From assembly GCA_035307565.1 (NCBI GenBank), contig DATGHZ010000013.1, forward strand, positions 37,294 through 101,293: a stretch of DNA of 64,000 nt. Reading direction: 5' to 3'. The notes beneath the pieces were generated by a model. It worked only from the letters and a program-made list of their open reading frames with translations. It was not told the DNA's origin and did no database searches. Shown in pieces: positions 44,465 through 53,275 of this stretch. Position 1 is the first letter of the stretch. Every line of letters starts with the position of its first letter. A program made the translations under genes and the position numbers. Source of the DNA: a bacterium (GTDB lineage: Bacteria > Sysuimicrobiota > Sysuimicrobiia > Sysuimicrobiales > Segetimicrobiaceae).

Positions 44465-45601
44465 CTACGCCGCGAGCCGGGTGAGCAGGTAGCGGGCGAT
44501 CGCCGCCGCGCCGCCGGGCCCGCCCTGCCGCTCGCGTCCGACCCGGCCGCGGCGGTCACGTTCCGCGGGATCGCCGAGCAGGCGTATGACCGCATCCGCG
44601 GCGTCTTCCGGCGACCGCGCCGCGACCAGCGCGTCGCCGAGCAGCCGGTGCTGTTCCGCGACAAAGGCCGCGGTGAACTGCGGCCCGGTGCCGGGAAACG
44701 CCACGACGGGCTTGCCGAGTCCCGCGGCCTGCTCGTGCGCGGCGCCGGCCATGCCGAGGACGACCGTGCCGCGCGCGAGGGCATCCGCGAAGTGATCCGA
44801 CGCCACCGTGGCCGCGAGCGGCCCGAACGAGAAATGCCGCTCGTCGCTCCATCGCCCGCCCGCGGCTTCTACGCTGCGCCGCAGGCGGTCCCGGTCGAGG
44901 TTGGGCGCCCACGCGATCAGGACGCCGGGCGCGGGACGGTGCTGCGCGGCCACCCGCTGCATCGTGCGCAGCAGCAGCCCCAGGTTGTTGAACGCGGGCG
45001 GCTTGCTGCCCGGCAGGACCGTCACCACCGGACGGCCGTCGGCAAAGCCGAACGTCTCGCCTGTGAGGGCGAGCGTATCCATCAACGTAAACCCGACGTA
45101 CTGCGCCTCGATGGCCTGCCGGCGCAGCGCGTCGGCCGTGACCTCGTCGCGGGTGAAGACGTGCGCGGCAAACCGCCGGATGAGCCCGAGTTCGAGCGGC
45201 GAGTGCGGCGAGATGTACTCCGATTTCGGCAGCGCGAGGTAGACTGTCGGTGCGCCCGCCGCGGCCGCCATGCCGAGACAGTACACGTCGCCCGCCGCCA
45301 GCACGAGTCCCACGCGGCCCCGCTGCGCCCGCAGTGTCCGGCGCTGCGAGCGCCACATTCGCCACCACCCGGCCCGAAGGTCGGCCCACAGGCTGCGCCA
45401 GCCCGCGCGGATCCCGAAGCCGCCGCTTGGGAGGTCCCGCCGGGGATCCAGCAGTTCGACGTCCGGCGGATAGGAGCGTCCGAGGCCCACGAGCGGATAC
45501 GCGGAGACCGCCACACGGTCCGCCGGCAGTGCGCGCACGATCTGGGCGGCCTCGAGATCCTCCCCGTATCCGTTGCTGACGATAAGGAGGCGCGGTTTCA
45601 C
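44465..45601 (-). CDS. Lipid-A-disaccharide synthase-related protein
   Basis: C-terminal 378 aa of ORF 44465..46774. VKPRLLIVSNGYGEDLEAAQI...VLPGSK...GMAGAAHEQAAGLGKPVV shows GT-B, LpxB-related organisation. GTG 45601 forms a GTGA overlap with the upstream stop. Confidence 0.7.
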   Translation of the reverse strand: MKPRLLIVSNGYGEDLEAAQIVRALPADRVAVSAYPLVGLGRSYPPDVELLDPRRDLPSGGFGIRAGWRSLWADLRAGWWRMWRSQRRTLRAQRGRVGLVLAAGDVYCLGMAAAAGAPTVYLALPKSEYISPHSPLELGLIRRFAAHVFTRDEVTADALRRQAIEAQYVGFTLMDTLALTGETFGFADGRPVVTVLPGSKPPAFNNLGLLLRTMQRVAAQHRPAPGVLIAWAPNLDRDRLRRSVEAAGGRWSDERHFSFGPLAATVASDHFADALARGTVVLGMAGAAHEQAAGLGKPVVAFPGTGPQFTAAFVAEQHRLLGDALVAARSPEDAADAVIRLLGDPAERDRRGRVGRERQGGPGGAAAIARYLLTRLAA

Positions 45602-46869
45602 GCGCTGGCGGCGCCCGCCGCCCTGACACGCGAGCCGCGGGGATCGCCCGGGGCCGCCAGAGAGGCCGCCATCACATCCAGCATCCGGTCGGCGACCCCG
45701 GAAGGCGTGCGGTACAGATCGCGAAGCTGCCGCGCCATGCCATCGAGCGCGCCGCGGTCCTCGACCATGGCGAGCGCCCGCGCGGCCACGGCGGCGGGAT
45801 CGACGCGGCCGACCATTTCGGGCACGATCATCCGGCCCGCCTGACGGTTGGGCCACGCAACGGCCCGGGGATGCCGGAGGAACCGGCGGACCATGATGCG
45901 CTTGATGGCACTCCCCAGGCCCGGAATCCGTCCGATCCACTCGCTCAGGCCCTCGGTGCGGATCCGTTCGGGATGGTCCAGCGGCAGGACGACGAGCATC
46001 GGCACGCCGAGCACCGCCAGTTGAACGGTGTTCGTTCCCGGCAGCGAGATCGCGAGATCGGCGCCGGCCGCCGCACCGAGATCGTCGCCGTCCACGACGG
46101 CGATCCCGAGCCCGTCCAGGTCGGCCCGATGACCGTCGAGCACAGCCGCCAGCGCGTCGCGCGGAAGAAACGGCGATGCCACGAGCGAGAAGGCGACGTC
46201 GGACCGTCTGTGCCGCATCGCGCCGGCGACCTGGAGCAGAAACGGCAGAAAGCCCTCGACCAGCCACCGCCGGCTGCCGGGAAAGAGCGCGACGTTCACG
46301 CCGGCGTGCGCGCCGCGGACCGGCGGCCGCGCCCCTGACAACGCGTCGACGCGTAGATCCCCGACTGTGACGATCTGGTCCCGCCGTACGCCGGCCGATG
46401 CCAGCCGTTCGGCGAGGTCCTGCGAAGGGACGAAGATGCGCGCGAAGCGGTGCGCGCGCCGGCGGACAAGCGGGGTCTCCGCGTACGCGAACGCGGGCAC
46501 GCCGGCGCGGTGCGCGAGTGTGGACGAGTACCATAGATCGCCGCCGAGATGGAGGACGCAGCCGGGGCCGGCGAGCGCCAACCGGCGGAGGCCGGTCACC
46601 ACGCCGAGACACTCGCGCGGTCCGAGCACCCGCGCAAAGAGGCCTTGCCGGCGCGCGAACGCCGCCTCCTGCCCGCTCGCGAACTGACAGGGCGGCAGGA
46701 CGAGCGAGAGGGTGAGCGGCTGCCCGCGCGCGGCGGCCCAGGCCGCCGCTGCGCGGGCCATCGGCACGGCCCACGTGGAGACCTCCCCGGGACCACTCGA
46801 CACGATGAGCAGCTCCGCGGGGGCGTGCGTCACGCCTGAATTATACGGCAGGCCGGACGGCACGGGCAA
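45598..46869 (-). CDS. lpxB: Lipid-A-disaccharide synthase-like glycosyltransferase (GT19)
   Basis: ORF 45598..46869. LFPGSRRWLVEGFLPF, ISLPGTNTVQLAVLGVPMLVV and VAWPNRQAGRMIVPEM align block-for-block with E. coli LpxB (LLPGSRGAEVEML, ASGTAALECMLAKCPMVV, VSLPNLLAGRELVKEL). The start is uncertain. Confidence 0.7.
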   Translation of the reverse strand: MPVPSGLPYNSGVTHAPAELLIVSSGPGEVSTWAVPMARAAAAWAAARGQPLTLSLVLPPCQFASGQEAAFARRQGLFARVLGPRECLGVVTGLRRLALAGPGCVLHLGGDLWYSSTLAHRAGVPAFAYAETPLVRRRAHRFARIFVPSQDLAERLASAGVRRDQIVTVGDLRVDALSGARPPVRGAHAGVNVALFPGSRRWLVEGFLPFLLQVAGAMRHRRSDVAFSLVASPFLPRDALAAVLDGHRADLDGLGIAVVDGDDLGAAAGADLAISLPGTNTVQLAVLGVPMLVVLPLDHPERIRTEGLSEWIGRIPGLGSAIKRIMVRRFLRHPRAVAWPNRQAGRMIVPEMVGRVDPAAVAARALAMVEDRGALDGMARQLRDLYRTPSGVADRMLDVMAASLAAPGDPRGSRVRAAGAASA

Positions 46870-46952
46870 ATCGCGGCGGTGTCCGCATGCCCGCGCTTCG
46901 CGACGCGCGCCGCGGCGGTGCGTCTTGAAAGGACCGTTCCGGGGCAGGCCGA

Positions 46953-47945
46953 ATGTGTTGCGCCGTGATTATTACACGCACTCCGCTTCGCATCAGCTTC
47001 GCCGGCGGCGGCTCGGACTTTCCGGCAGTCTACCGGCGCGCCGCCGGCGCCGTCGTCGCGAGCACGATCAACAAGTACATGTACATCACGGTCAACCGGA
47101 AGTTCGACGGCCGGATCCGCGCGAGCTACTCGACCACCGAAATGGTCGACCGGGTCGACGACCTGAAGCACGAATTGATCCGCGAGGCCCTGCGCATGAC
47201 CGGCATCGCCGGCGGGATCGAGATTACGTCGATCTCGGATATCCCATCGCGCGGTACCGGCCTCGGCTCATCGAGCACCTACACCGTGGGACTCCTGCAC
47301 GCGCTGCACGCGTTTGCCGGCCGGCACGCGGGCGCCAAGCGGCTCGCCGAGGAAGCCTGCGAGATCGAACTGGACCGTCTGCGCAAACCCATCGGCAAGC
47401 AGGACCAGTACATCGCCGCCTACGGCGGCCTGCAGTTCATCCGGTTTGAGGCGGACGGCGTGCTGGTCGAGCCCCTCCTCCCCGGCGGCGACTTCCGGCG
47501 GGACCTCGAGGAGCACCTGCTGCTCCTGTACACGGGATTGACCCGAAGCGCGGATACCATCCTCACCGAGCAGCAGCGCAACCTCGAGAACGGCGACACC
47601 GCATTCGACGACGCGGTACGGCTGCGCGATCTCGCCATCGAACTGCGCGCCGCCATCCTCGAACGCCGCCTCGGCGCGTTCGGCGAGATTCTGGACGCCG
47701 GCTGGCGCATCAAACGCGGGCTCGCCGCGGGGGTCTCGAGTCCCCAGATCGACGAGTGGTACTCGCGCGCGCGCGGGTCGGGGGCGATCGGCGGGAAACT
47801 GGTCGGCGCCGGCGGCGGGGGATTCCTGCTCCTGTTCGCAGCGCCGCGCGATCACGCGCGCATCCGCGAGTCCCTGCCGGACCTCCGCCCCGTCCCGATT
47901 CACCTGGAACCGTTCGGGAGCCGGATCATCTATGTCGAGGAATAG
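46953..47945 (+). CDS. hddA: D-glycero-alpha-D-manno-heptose 7-phosphate kinase-like GHMP kinase
   Basis: ORF 46953..47945. Contains IITRTPLRISFAGGGSD, the PSRGTGLGSSSTYTVG GHMP motif and KQDQYIAAYGG. The start is ATG 46953 or GTG 46965. Confidence 0.8.
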   Translation: MCCAVIITRTPLRISFAGGGSDFPAVYRRAAGAVVASTINKYMYITVNRKFDGRIRASYSTTEMVDRVDDLKHELIREALRMTGIAGGIEITSISDIPSRGTGLGSSSTYTVGLLHALHAFAGRHAGAKRLAEEACEIELDRLRKPIGKQDQYIAAYGGLQFIRFEADGVLVEPLLPGGDFRRDLEEHLLLLYTGLTRSADTILTEQQRNLENGDTAFDDAVRLRDLAIELRAAILERRLGAFGEILDAGWRIKRGLAAGVSSPQIDEWYSRARGSGAIGGKLVGAGGGGFLLLFAAPRDHARIRESLPDLRPVPIHLEPFGSRIIYVEE

Positions 47946-48039
47946 CGGCCGGAGGCGGCGCGAACCGTCCGGCGGTCGGAAGACGCCGCGGCGCGTCGAT
48001 CGGGGCGCCGGCCGACGTCAGCGGCAGAGCGAAGCCCGC

Positions 48040-48711
48040 GTGCCGGTGTCGGAAGCCCGGGCCGCGATCGACGACCACGTGTTTCGCCTGCGGGCGGCCC
48101 TCGCCGCGGTCAACACTGCGGAGGTCGTCGCGGTGACGGAGCGATTGTGGCAGATCGCCCGAGCCGGTGGACTCGTACTCATCGCGGGCAACGGCGGAAG
48201 CGCGGCCAACGCCGCGCATATGGCCGTCGACCTCAGCAAGTCGACGCTGGGCCGCCCGCCGCGTCCCGACGCGGTCAGGGTCCGTGCCGTGGCCCTCAGC
48301 GACGCGTCAAGCGTGCTGACGGCGTGGGGCAACGACGAGGCCTATGACACCGTGTTTGCCGAGCAGATCACCACGCTCGCACGGCCGGGGGACGCCGTCC
48401 TGCTGCTGTCGGCGAGCGGACAGTCCCCGAATATCGTCGCGGCGGCGCGCGCGGCGCACGCGTCGGGCGCGGTCGTGGTGGCACTGCTCGGCGGGACCGG
48501 GGGCGCCGTGCGGACGCTCGCGGACCACGCCATTGTGGTGCCGAGCGACGACTATCAGGTCGTCGAGGACGTCCACCTCGCGATCAACCACATGATGACG
48601 ACGTACATCCGGTTGGCCCTCGGGGCGAAAATGCCGCGCATCACCGTCGCGGGAGCACCGCCGGCGCGGCCCCAGCGGGCGGGGACGGCGCGACGGCGCG
48701 GGCGGCGTTGA
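48040..48711 (+). CDS. gmhA: Phosphoheptose (sedoheptulose-7-P) isomerase, SIS domain
   Basis: ORF 47932..48711. Contains LIAGNGGSAANAAHMAVDL, LLLSASGQSPNI and VEDVHLAINH. I trimmed the Arg-rich first 36 codons and placed the start at GTG 48040, but the start remains uncertain. Confidence 0.75.
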   Translation: MPVSEARAAIDDHVFRLRAALAAVNTAEVVAVTERLWQIARAGGLVLIAGNGGSAANAAHMAVDLSKSTLGRPPRPDAVRVRAVALSDASSVLTAWGNDEAYDTVFAEQITTLARPGDAVLLLSASGQSPNIVAAARAAHASGAVVVALLGGTGGAVRTLADHAIVVPSDDYQVVEDVHLAINHMMTTYIRLALGAKMPRITVAGAPPARPQRAGTARRRGRR

Positions 48712-48729
48712 GCGGCACCGGGTGGCCGC

Positions 48730-49650
48730 CTAGTCTGACGCGACGTTCGAAATCCAGAACGCCTGCGACCACGCGGTCGCGGGCACACCGGTCCGGCTTG
48801 CGGGAGTTCGCCCTACGCACTCCGCTCTGACGAACTGCTCGTTGCCCGCCGGCTGGTAGGTCGCCGCGGGGCCGGCCTTCTCCGCCCGCACGGTACCCGT
48901 CGCATCGAGGAATCGGGTCAGGGATGCGTCGGTCTCCACGGTGATCGCGCCATCCCGAACGCCGAACTCGGCCGCGGGCCCGGTCGACGCATAAAAGGCC
49001 TGCGACCGAAGCGCCGTGAGAAACGGTGCCGCCGCCACCGCGGCCGTTTTCGCCATGATCCATCCGGCATCCAGATCGCGCATCTGGTGCAGATCATCCG
49101 CGGCCACGGCCCCGACGGGTGCTGCCGGACCGCGGTGCCGCAGCACGGCGGTCCAGCGCCGCACGTCGGCCGCGGTCCCGCTGTGGTGGTTGCTGATCTC
49201 CACCAGATGATAGCCGCGCAGCGCGAGCATCTCGCGGAGCGACCACCGCCCCGTTCCGAGGTTGCCGTTCCACGTCGGGTGGTGGAGCGAGACGACCCCG
49301 CCGGCCGCCACGGTCGCATCGACGCACGCCTGTGCGCCGCGGGCGGTCAGCGATCCCGGGGCGCCGAGCCGTCCCATGTGCGGGCCGAGCGGCCGAAACG
49401 GCCGCGGAATGGTCGTCTCGACGCCGGGAAGGGCGAGGAAGGCGCCGTCATTGAGATCGTCGCACGCCGTCACACGATTGTGGTCGGTGAACACCACGAA
49501 ACTGTATCCGGCGGCACGATAACGCTCCAGCACGGCCCGCGGGGGATCGCGGCCGTCCGAGCGTGTGGTATGGCAGTGCAGTTGAGCCTTGCGGTACGAT
49601 CCCGGCGCGGCGTACGGGTCGGTGATCCGGACGCGGCTCACGCCGGGCAA
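48730..49650 (-). CDS. PHP-domain metal-dependent phosphoesterase
   Basis: ORF 48730..49650. QLHCHTTRSDG...VFTDHN...LHHP...ISNHH are PHP-type His/Asp metal-ligand motifs. Confidence 0.7.
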   Translation of the reverse strand: MPGVSRVRITDPYAAPGSYRKAQLHCHTTRSDGRDPPRAVLERYRAAGYSFVVFTDHNRVTACDDLNDGAFLALPGVETTIPRPFRPLGPHMGRLGAPGSLTARGAQACVDATVAAGGVVSLHHPTWNGNLGTGRWSLREMLALRGYHLVEISNHHSGTAADVRRWTAVLRHRGPAAPVGAVAADDLHQMRDLDAGWIMAKTAAVAAAPFLTALRSQAFYASTGPAAEFGVRDGAITVETDASLTRFLDATGTVRAEKAGPAATYQPAGNEQFVRAECVGRTPASRTGVPATAWSQAFWISNVASD

Positions 49651-49696
49651 TTCGGGTCGCGCGCGGGTGATCCCCGCTCTCGTGACCGCGCGGGAG

Positions 49697-50575
49697 TTAC
49701 GGGTGCGTGCCCTGCGACGGCGCGGCCGGCCCGTTCGACGGCGCGGCCGCCGGCGCCGCCGGCCTGTTCGAGGGCGCGGCCGCGGGCGTCTCCGGCCCCG
49801 GGGTCACCGGACACGCAATATGGTAGCCCATCCCGGTCAATTCGGTGCACAGCGCGCCGATTCGCTTGGGCGTATCGGGGTGGCTCTCAAACGCCTTGGC
49901 GAGGCCCGGCTGCGATTTTTCTTGCTTGCGCAGCCGGTCAAAAAATTGGAACGACTGCGTCGGATCGAAGCCCGCCTTGCGGGCATAGATGACGCCGAAG
50001 TGATCGGCTTCGTACTCCTTGTCGCGGGAGAACTTGGCATCGATCATCTGCCGCCCGATCTGGCTGGCGATATAAGCCGGGTAGCTGCCGCCAAAGACGA
50101 TGCTCGTGAGGATCACGGCCCCGAATTGGACTTCCATGTCGCGCTTCGCCAGATCGACGGCGTGGCGGTGTGCGACGTGCGTGGTCTCGTGGCCGATGAC
50201 GAAGGCCAGTTCGTCCCGCGATTTAACGAACCCGAACAGGCCGCGCGTGGCGAAGATGTAGCCGCCGGGGGCCGCGATCGCGTTCACGCTGCTGTCCCGC
50301 AGGATGTGATACGTCCAGGGCAGGCCCGGCCGCTCGGACACCGCGGCGAGCCGGTGCCCCAGTTGGGTGAGGTTCTCGGTCAGGCCGGGATCCTCGACGA
50401 ACCCGGGCTTCTGCCTGAGCTGGCGTTCGACTTCACGGCCGATTTGGATCTCCTGTTGCTCATTGATGTCGAACAGCGCCGCGTGCGCAGCCGGCGTGGG
50501 TCCGGCGACCGGAAAGGCGCCGGCGGCGACGAAGGCGGCCGCGACCGCGATGATGACGAGGCGTCGAATCTGCAC
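49697..50575 (-). CDS. M48-family zinc metallopeptidase, exported, with a Pro/Ala-rich tail
   Basis: ORF 49697..50575. It has a signal peptide, the VIGHETTHV HExxH motif and a downstream EYEADHFG. Confidence 0.85.
   Translation of the reverse strand: MQIRRLVIIAVAAAFVAAGAFPVAGPTPAAHAALFDINEQQEIQIGREVERQLRQKPGFVEDPGLTENLTQLGHRLAAVSERPGLPWTYHILRDSSVNAIAAPGGYIFATRGLFGFVKSRDELAFVIGHETTHVAHRHAVDLAKRDMEVQFGAVILTSIVFGGSYPAYIASQIGRQMIDAKFSRDKEYEADHFGVIYARKAGFDPTQSFQFFDRLRKQEKSQPGLAKAFESHPDTPKRIGALCTELTGMGYHIACPVTPGPETPAAAPSNRPAAPAAAPSNGPAAPSQGTHP
49718..49783. repeat. Two tandem copies of a 33-nt repeat inside the M48 peptidase tail
   Basis: cggcgcggccggcccgttcgacggcgcggccgc is followed by cggcgccgccggcctgttcgagggcgcggccgc (4 mismatches). 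These encode AAAPSN(R/G)PAAP twice. Confidence 0.8.
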
Positions 50576-50778
50576 GTGCCGTTCCGCTCCTTTGGACCGG
50601 TATCGCGCCGAGGCTCGGCCCGACCCCGGACGCGTGACCCAGTGCTCAACGCGCCCTCCGCCGGGCCGGTTCGCCGGCTTGGGGAAGAGTTTTTCCCTCC
50701 GCCCCAGGGTTCCTCGCGGGCGCCGGGGCGGCGGCGAAAGCGTCCGCGGCGGCGCCGGGCGGACCCTGTGCTACAATC

Positions 50779-51474
50779 GTGGCCGTGAACGTGAGGGTAC
50801 GGCTCTTCGCCTCATACCGTGAAGCGGTCGGGGCCTCGCAGGTGGAATTGCCGCTCCCGGAGGATGCCGACGGCGCAGCCCTCTGGAGCGCGCTCGTCGA
50901 CCGCTACCCCGGGCTGCGGGCGCTTCCGCGGCCGGCCGGGTACGCCGTCGATGATGAGTACGTGAGCGGGAACCGCCCGCTCCGCGGGGCCGGCGAGGTG
51001 GCGCTCATCCCGCCGGTGAGCGGCGGTGCGGGCGCCGCTGTTATCGAACTCACCACAGCCCCGATCTCCACCGACCGGGTGCTCCAGGCGGTCGCCGACC
51101 CGAGGGCGGGTGCCGTCGTCCTATTTCTCGGCGTGGTGCGCGATAATGCGCGGGGCCGGCGCGTGGATCACCTGATCTACGAAGCGTACGAAGCGCTGGC
51201 GCGCCGTGAACTCGAGAAGATCGCGGCCGTGGTCTGCGCGCGCTGGCCGGTCACGCGCCTCGCCATCGTGCATCGGACGGGGCGCCTGGCCGTGGGCGAG
51301 CCGAGCGTCGCGGTGGCGGTCTCGGCGCCTCACCGGCAGGCGGCCTTTGAGGCCGGCCGGTACATGATCGACACGCTGAAACAGACCGTGCCCATCTGGA
51401 AGAAGGAAGTGTGGGAAGGCGGCGCCGCCTGGGTCGGGACGGAGGAGCACGCCGCGCCGCGGCGGACCGGCTGA
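50779..51474 (+). CDS. Molybdopterin synthase MoaD-MoaE fusion protein
   Basis: ORF 50779..51474. The first ~83 aa form a MoaD/ThiS-like domain ending in IPPVSGG. The rest is MoaE (VLFLGVVRDN...IYEAYEALA...HRTGRLAVGE...PIWKKE). Confidence 0.85.
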   Translation: MAVNVRVRLFASYREAVGASQVELPLPEDADGAALWSALVDRYPGLRALPRPAGYAVDDEYVSGNRPLRGAGEVALIPPVSGGAGAAVIELTTAPISTDRVLQAVADPRAGAVVLFLGVVRDNARGRRVDHLIYEAYEALARRELEKIAAVVCARWPVTRLAIVHRTGRLAVGEPSVAVAVSAPHRQAAFEAGRYMIDTLKQTVPIWKKEVWEGGAAWVGTEEHAAPRRTG

Positions 51475-51476
51475 CC

Positions 51477-52505
51477 CTACGGCTCGAGCACCAGTTTTCC
51501 GAACTGCTCGCTTCGCTCCAACATCTCGTGCGCGTGCCGGGCGTCCTCGAGCGGCCGCACCGCGTGCACGACCGGACGCAGCCGTCCGGCGTCGACGAGG
51601 CGCATGATTTCGTACATCGTCCCCTTGCTCCCCATGAAGCTGCCGCGGATCAGGATGCGGCGGGCGAAGACATACCGGAGGTCGGTCTGCGCGGCGAAGC
51701 CACTGGTCGCGCCGCACGTGACGAGGCGTCCGCCGCGGGCGAGCGCCCGAAGACTCGTCTCCCACGTGGCCTGGCCCACGTGTTCGAACACCACGTCCAC
51801 GCCGCGGCGCCCCGTGAGGCGCCGGACCTCTTCGCCGACGGGCTGCGTGGCGTGGTTGATCGTGTCGTCGGCGCCGAGTGCGCGGGCCCGTTCCAGCTTC
51901 CAGTCGGCGCCCGCAATGGCGATCACCCGCGCATCGAAGATCTTCGCGATTTGAATGGCGGCGCTCCCGACGCCGCTGCCGGCTCCCCAGATCAGGACCG
52001 TCTCCGACGGCCGGACGCGCGCGCCGGCCACCAGCATGTCCCAGGCGGTCAGAAACACGAGCGGTACCGCCGCGGCCTCGGGGAACGAGAGCCGGGCGGG
52101 TTTGGGCAGGATATTGGCCTCGGGGACCGCGGCGAGTTCCGCGTAGCCGCCCGGGATGTGCTCGCCGAGGATCGAATACTGCCGGCAGAGGTTGTCGTCG
52201 GCGGAGAGACACACCTCGCAGTGGCCGCAACTCACGCCCGGGTTCACGACCACGACATCCCCCGGCTTGCAACTCGTGACGCCCGGCCCGATCGCCGCGA
52301 CCTCTCCGGCGACGTCGCTGCCCAGGATGTGCGGCAGCGGCAGCGTCATGCCGGGGATCCCGCGGCGGACGTGAATGTCGAGATGGTTGACCGCGCAGGC
52401 GCGCACGCGCACCAGCACGCGGCCGGGGCCGGGAACCGGATCCGGCGCCTGTTCGTAGACAAGCACTTCGGGGCCCCCGTGCTGGTGGAACCGGACGGCG
52501 CGCAT
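51477..52505 (-). CDS. Zinc-binding alcohol dehydrogenase / quinone oxidoreductase family (MDR)
   Basis: ORF 51477..52505. Contains GSDVAGEV, the CGHCEVCLSADDNLC structural-Zn Cys cluster and GAGSGVGSAAIQ. Confidence 0.85.
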   Translation of the reverse strand: MRAVRFHQHGGPEVLVYEQAPDPVPGPGRVLVRVRACAVNHLDIHVRRGIPGMTLPLPHILGSDVAGEVAAIGPGVTSCKPGDVVVVNPGVSCGHCEVCLSADDNLCRQYSILGEHIPGGYAELAAVPEANILPKPARLSFPEAAAVPLVFLTAWDMLVAGARVRPSETVLIWGAGSGVGSAAIQIAKIFDARVIAIAGADWKLERARALGADDTINHATQPVGEEVRRLTGRRGVDVVFEHVGQATWETSLRALARGGRLVTCGATSGFAAQTDLRYVFARRILIRGSFMGSKGTMYEIMRLVDAGRLRPVVHAVRPLEDARHAHEMLERSEQFGKLVLEP

Positions 52506-52576
52506 CGAGGTCTAGTTCTCGGCGCCGCGGAAGGCGCCCTGCGGTATACTCAGAACGTCGTGCCCAGGAGGAAATA

Positions 52577-53275
52577 ATGACGGGACCGTTCTCGACCTCG
52601 ATCGCCGCCAGATTCCGCCGCAGCGTCTATGCCGCGTCCCTCATCGGGCTGCTCGCGGGAGCCCTCGCCGCCGTGTCCGGGCCCTTGGCGCGCGCCCAGC
52701 AGGCCGGATCGAACTGGCGCGGATTGATCCCGGGACTCAAGGCCCAGACCGCGCAGCATCCCGATCCGGAGACGGCCTTCCGGCTTGCGATGGTGTACGC
52801 GCACGAAGGCATGCTGATCGACGGCTGGCACGTCTTCAAGCAGATCGACAAGATGGTGGGCGGGCAGAGCGGCCGGCCTGCGCTCGAGCGCAACATCATC
52901 GGGCACTCCGCGGCGGCCGTGCAGCAGAACCCCAAGGATCTCCTCGCGCGCTACTCGCTGGCCTTTTCATCGTCGGTCGCCGGCAATCACGACGTGACCT
53001 TTCGCGAGTTCCAGGAGATCACGCGCCAGGAGCCCGGCAACGCCATGAATCACGGGTACCTCGGTTACGTCTACTCTCAGCGGAAGGACGCCAAGAACAC
53101 GATCGCACAGTGGGAAGAAGCGGTGCGGCTGGACCCCAACAACAGCGTGCTGCACTACATGCTGGGATCGGCCTATTACCAGACGGGCCGCAGCCGGGAC
53201 GCGGCGGTGCAGTTCAACCTGGCGTATCGAGACCGCACCCTCTACAATTACATTACGCGCGGCGAGGAGCCGTAA
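52577..53275 (+). CDS. Exported TPR-repeat protein
   Basis: ORF 52577..53275. AGGAGG lies upstream of the ATG. It has a signal peptide, and repeated A..Y..LG..Y...G.....A...F..A helical-hairpin patterns (e.g. GYLGYVYSQRKDAKNTIAQWEEAVRLDPNN). Confidence 0.7.
   Translation: MTGPFSTSIAARFRRSVYAASLIGLLAGALAAVSGPLARAQQAGSNWRGLIPGLKAQTAQHPDPETAFRLAMVYAHEGMLIDGWHVFKQIDKMVGGQSGRPALERNIIGHSAAAVQQNPKDLLARYSLAFSSSVAGNHDVTFREFQEITRQEPGNAMNHGYLGYVYSQRKDAKNTIAQWEEAVRLDPNNSVLHYMLGSAYYQTGRSRDAAVQFNLAYRDRTLYNYITRGEEP

Noticed and set aside
43313-45844. An 843-aa ORF on the + strand, the longest in the window
   Set aside because: It is antisense to the ArnT-like and LpxB-related genes. Its composition is dominated by R/G/P/A/E and it has no recognisable domain. 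I treat it as a GC-driven artefact.
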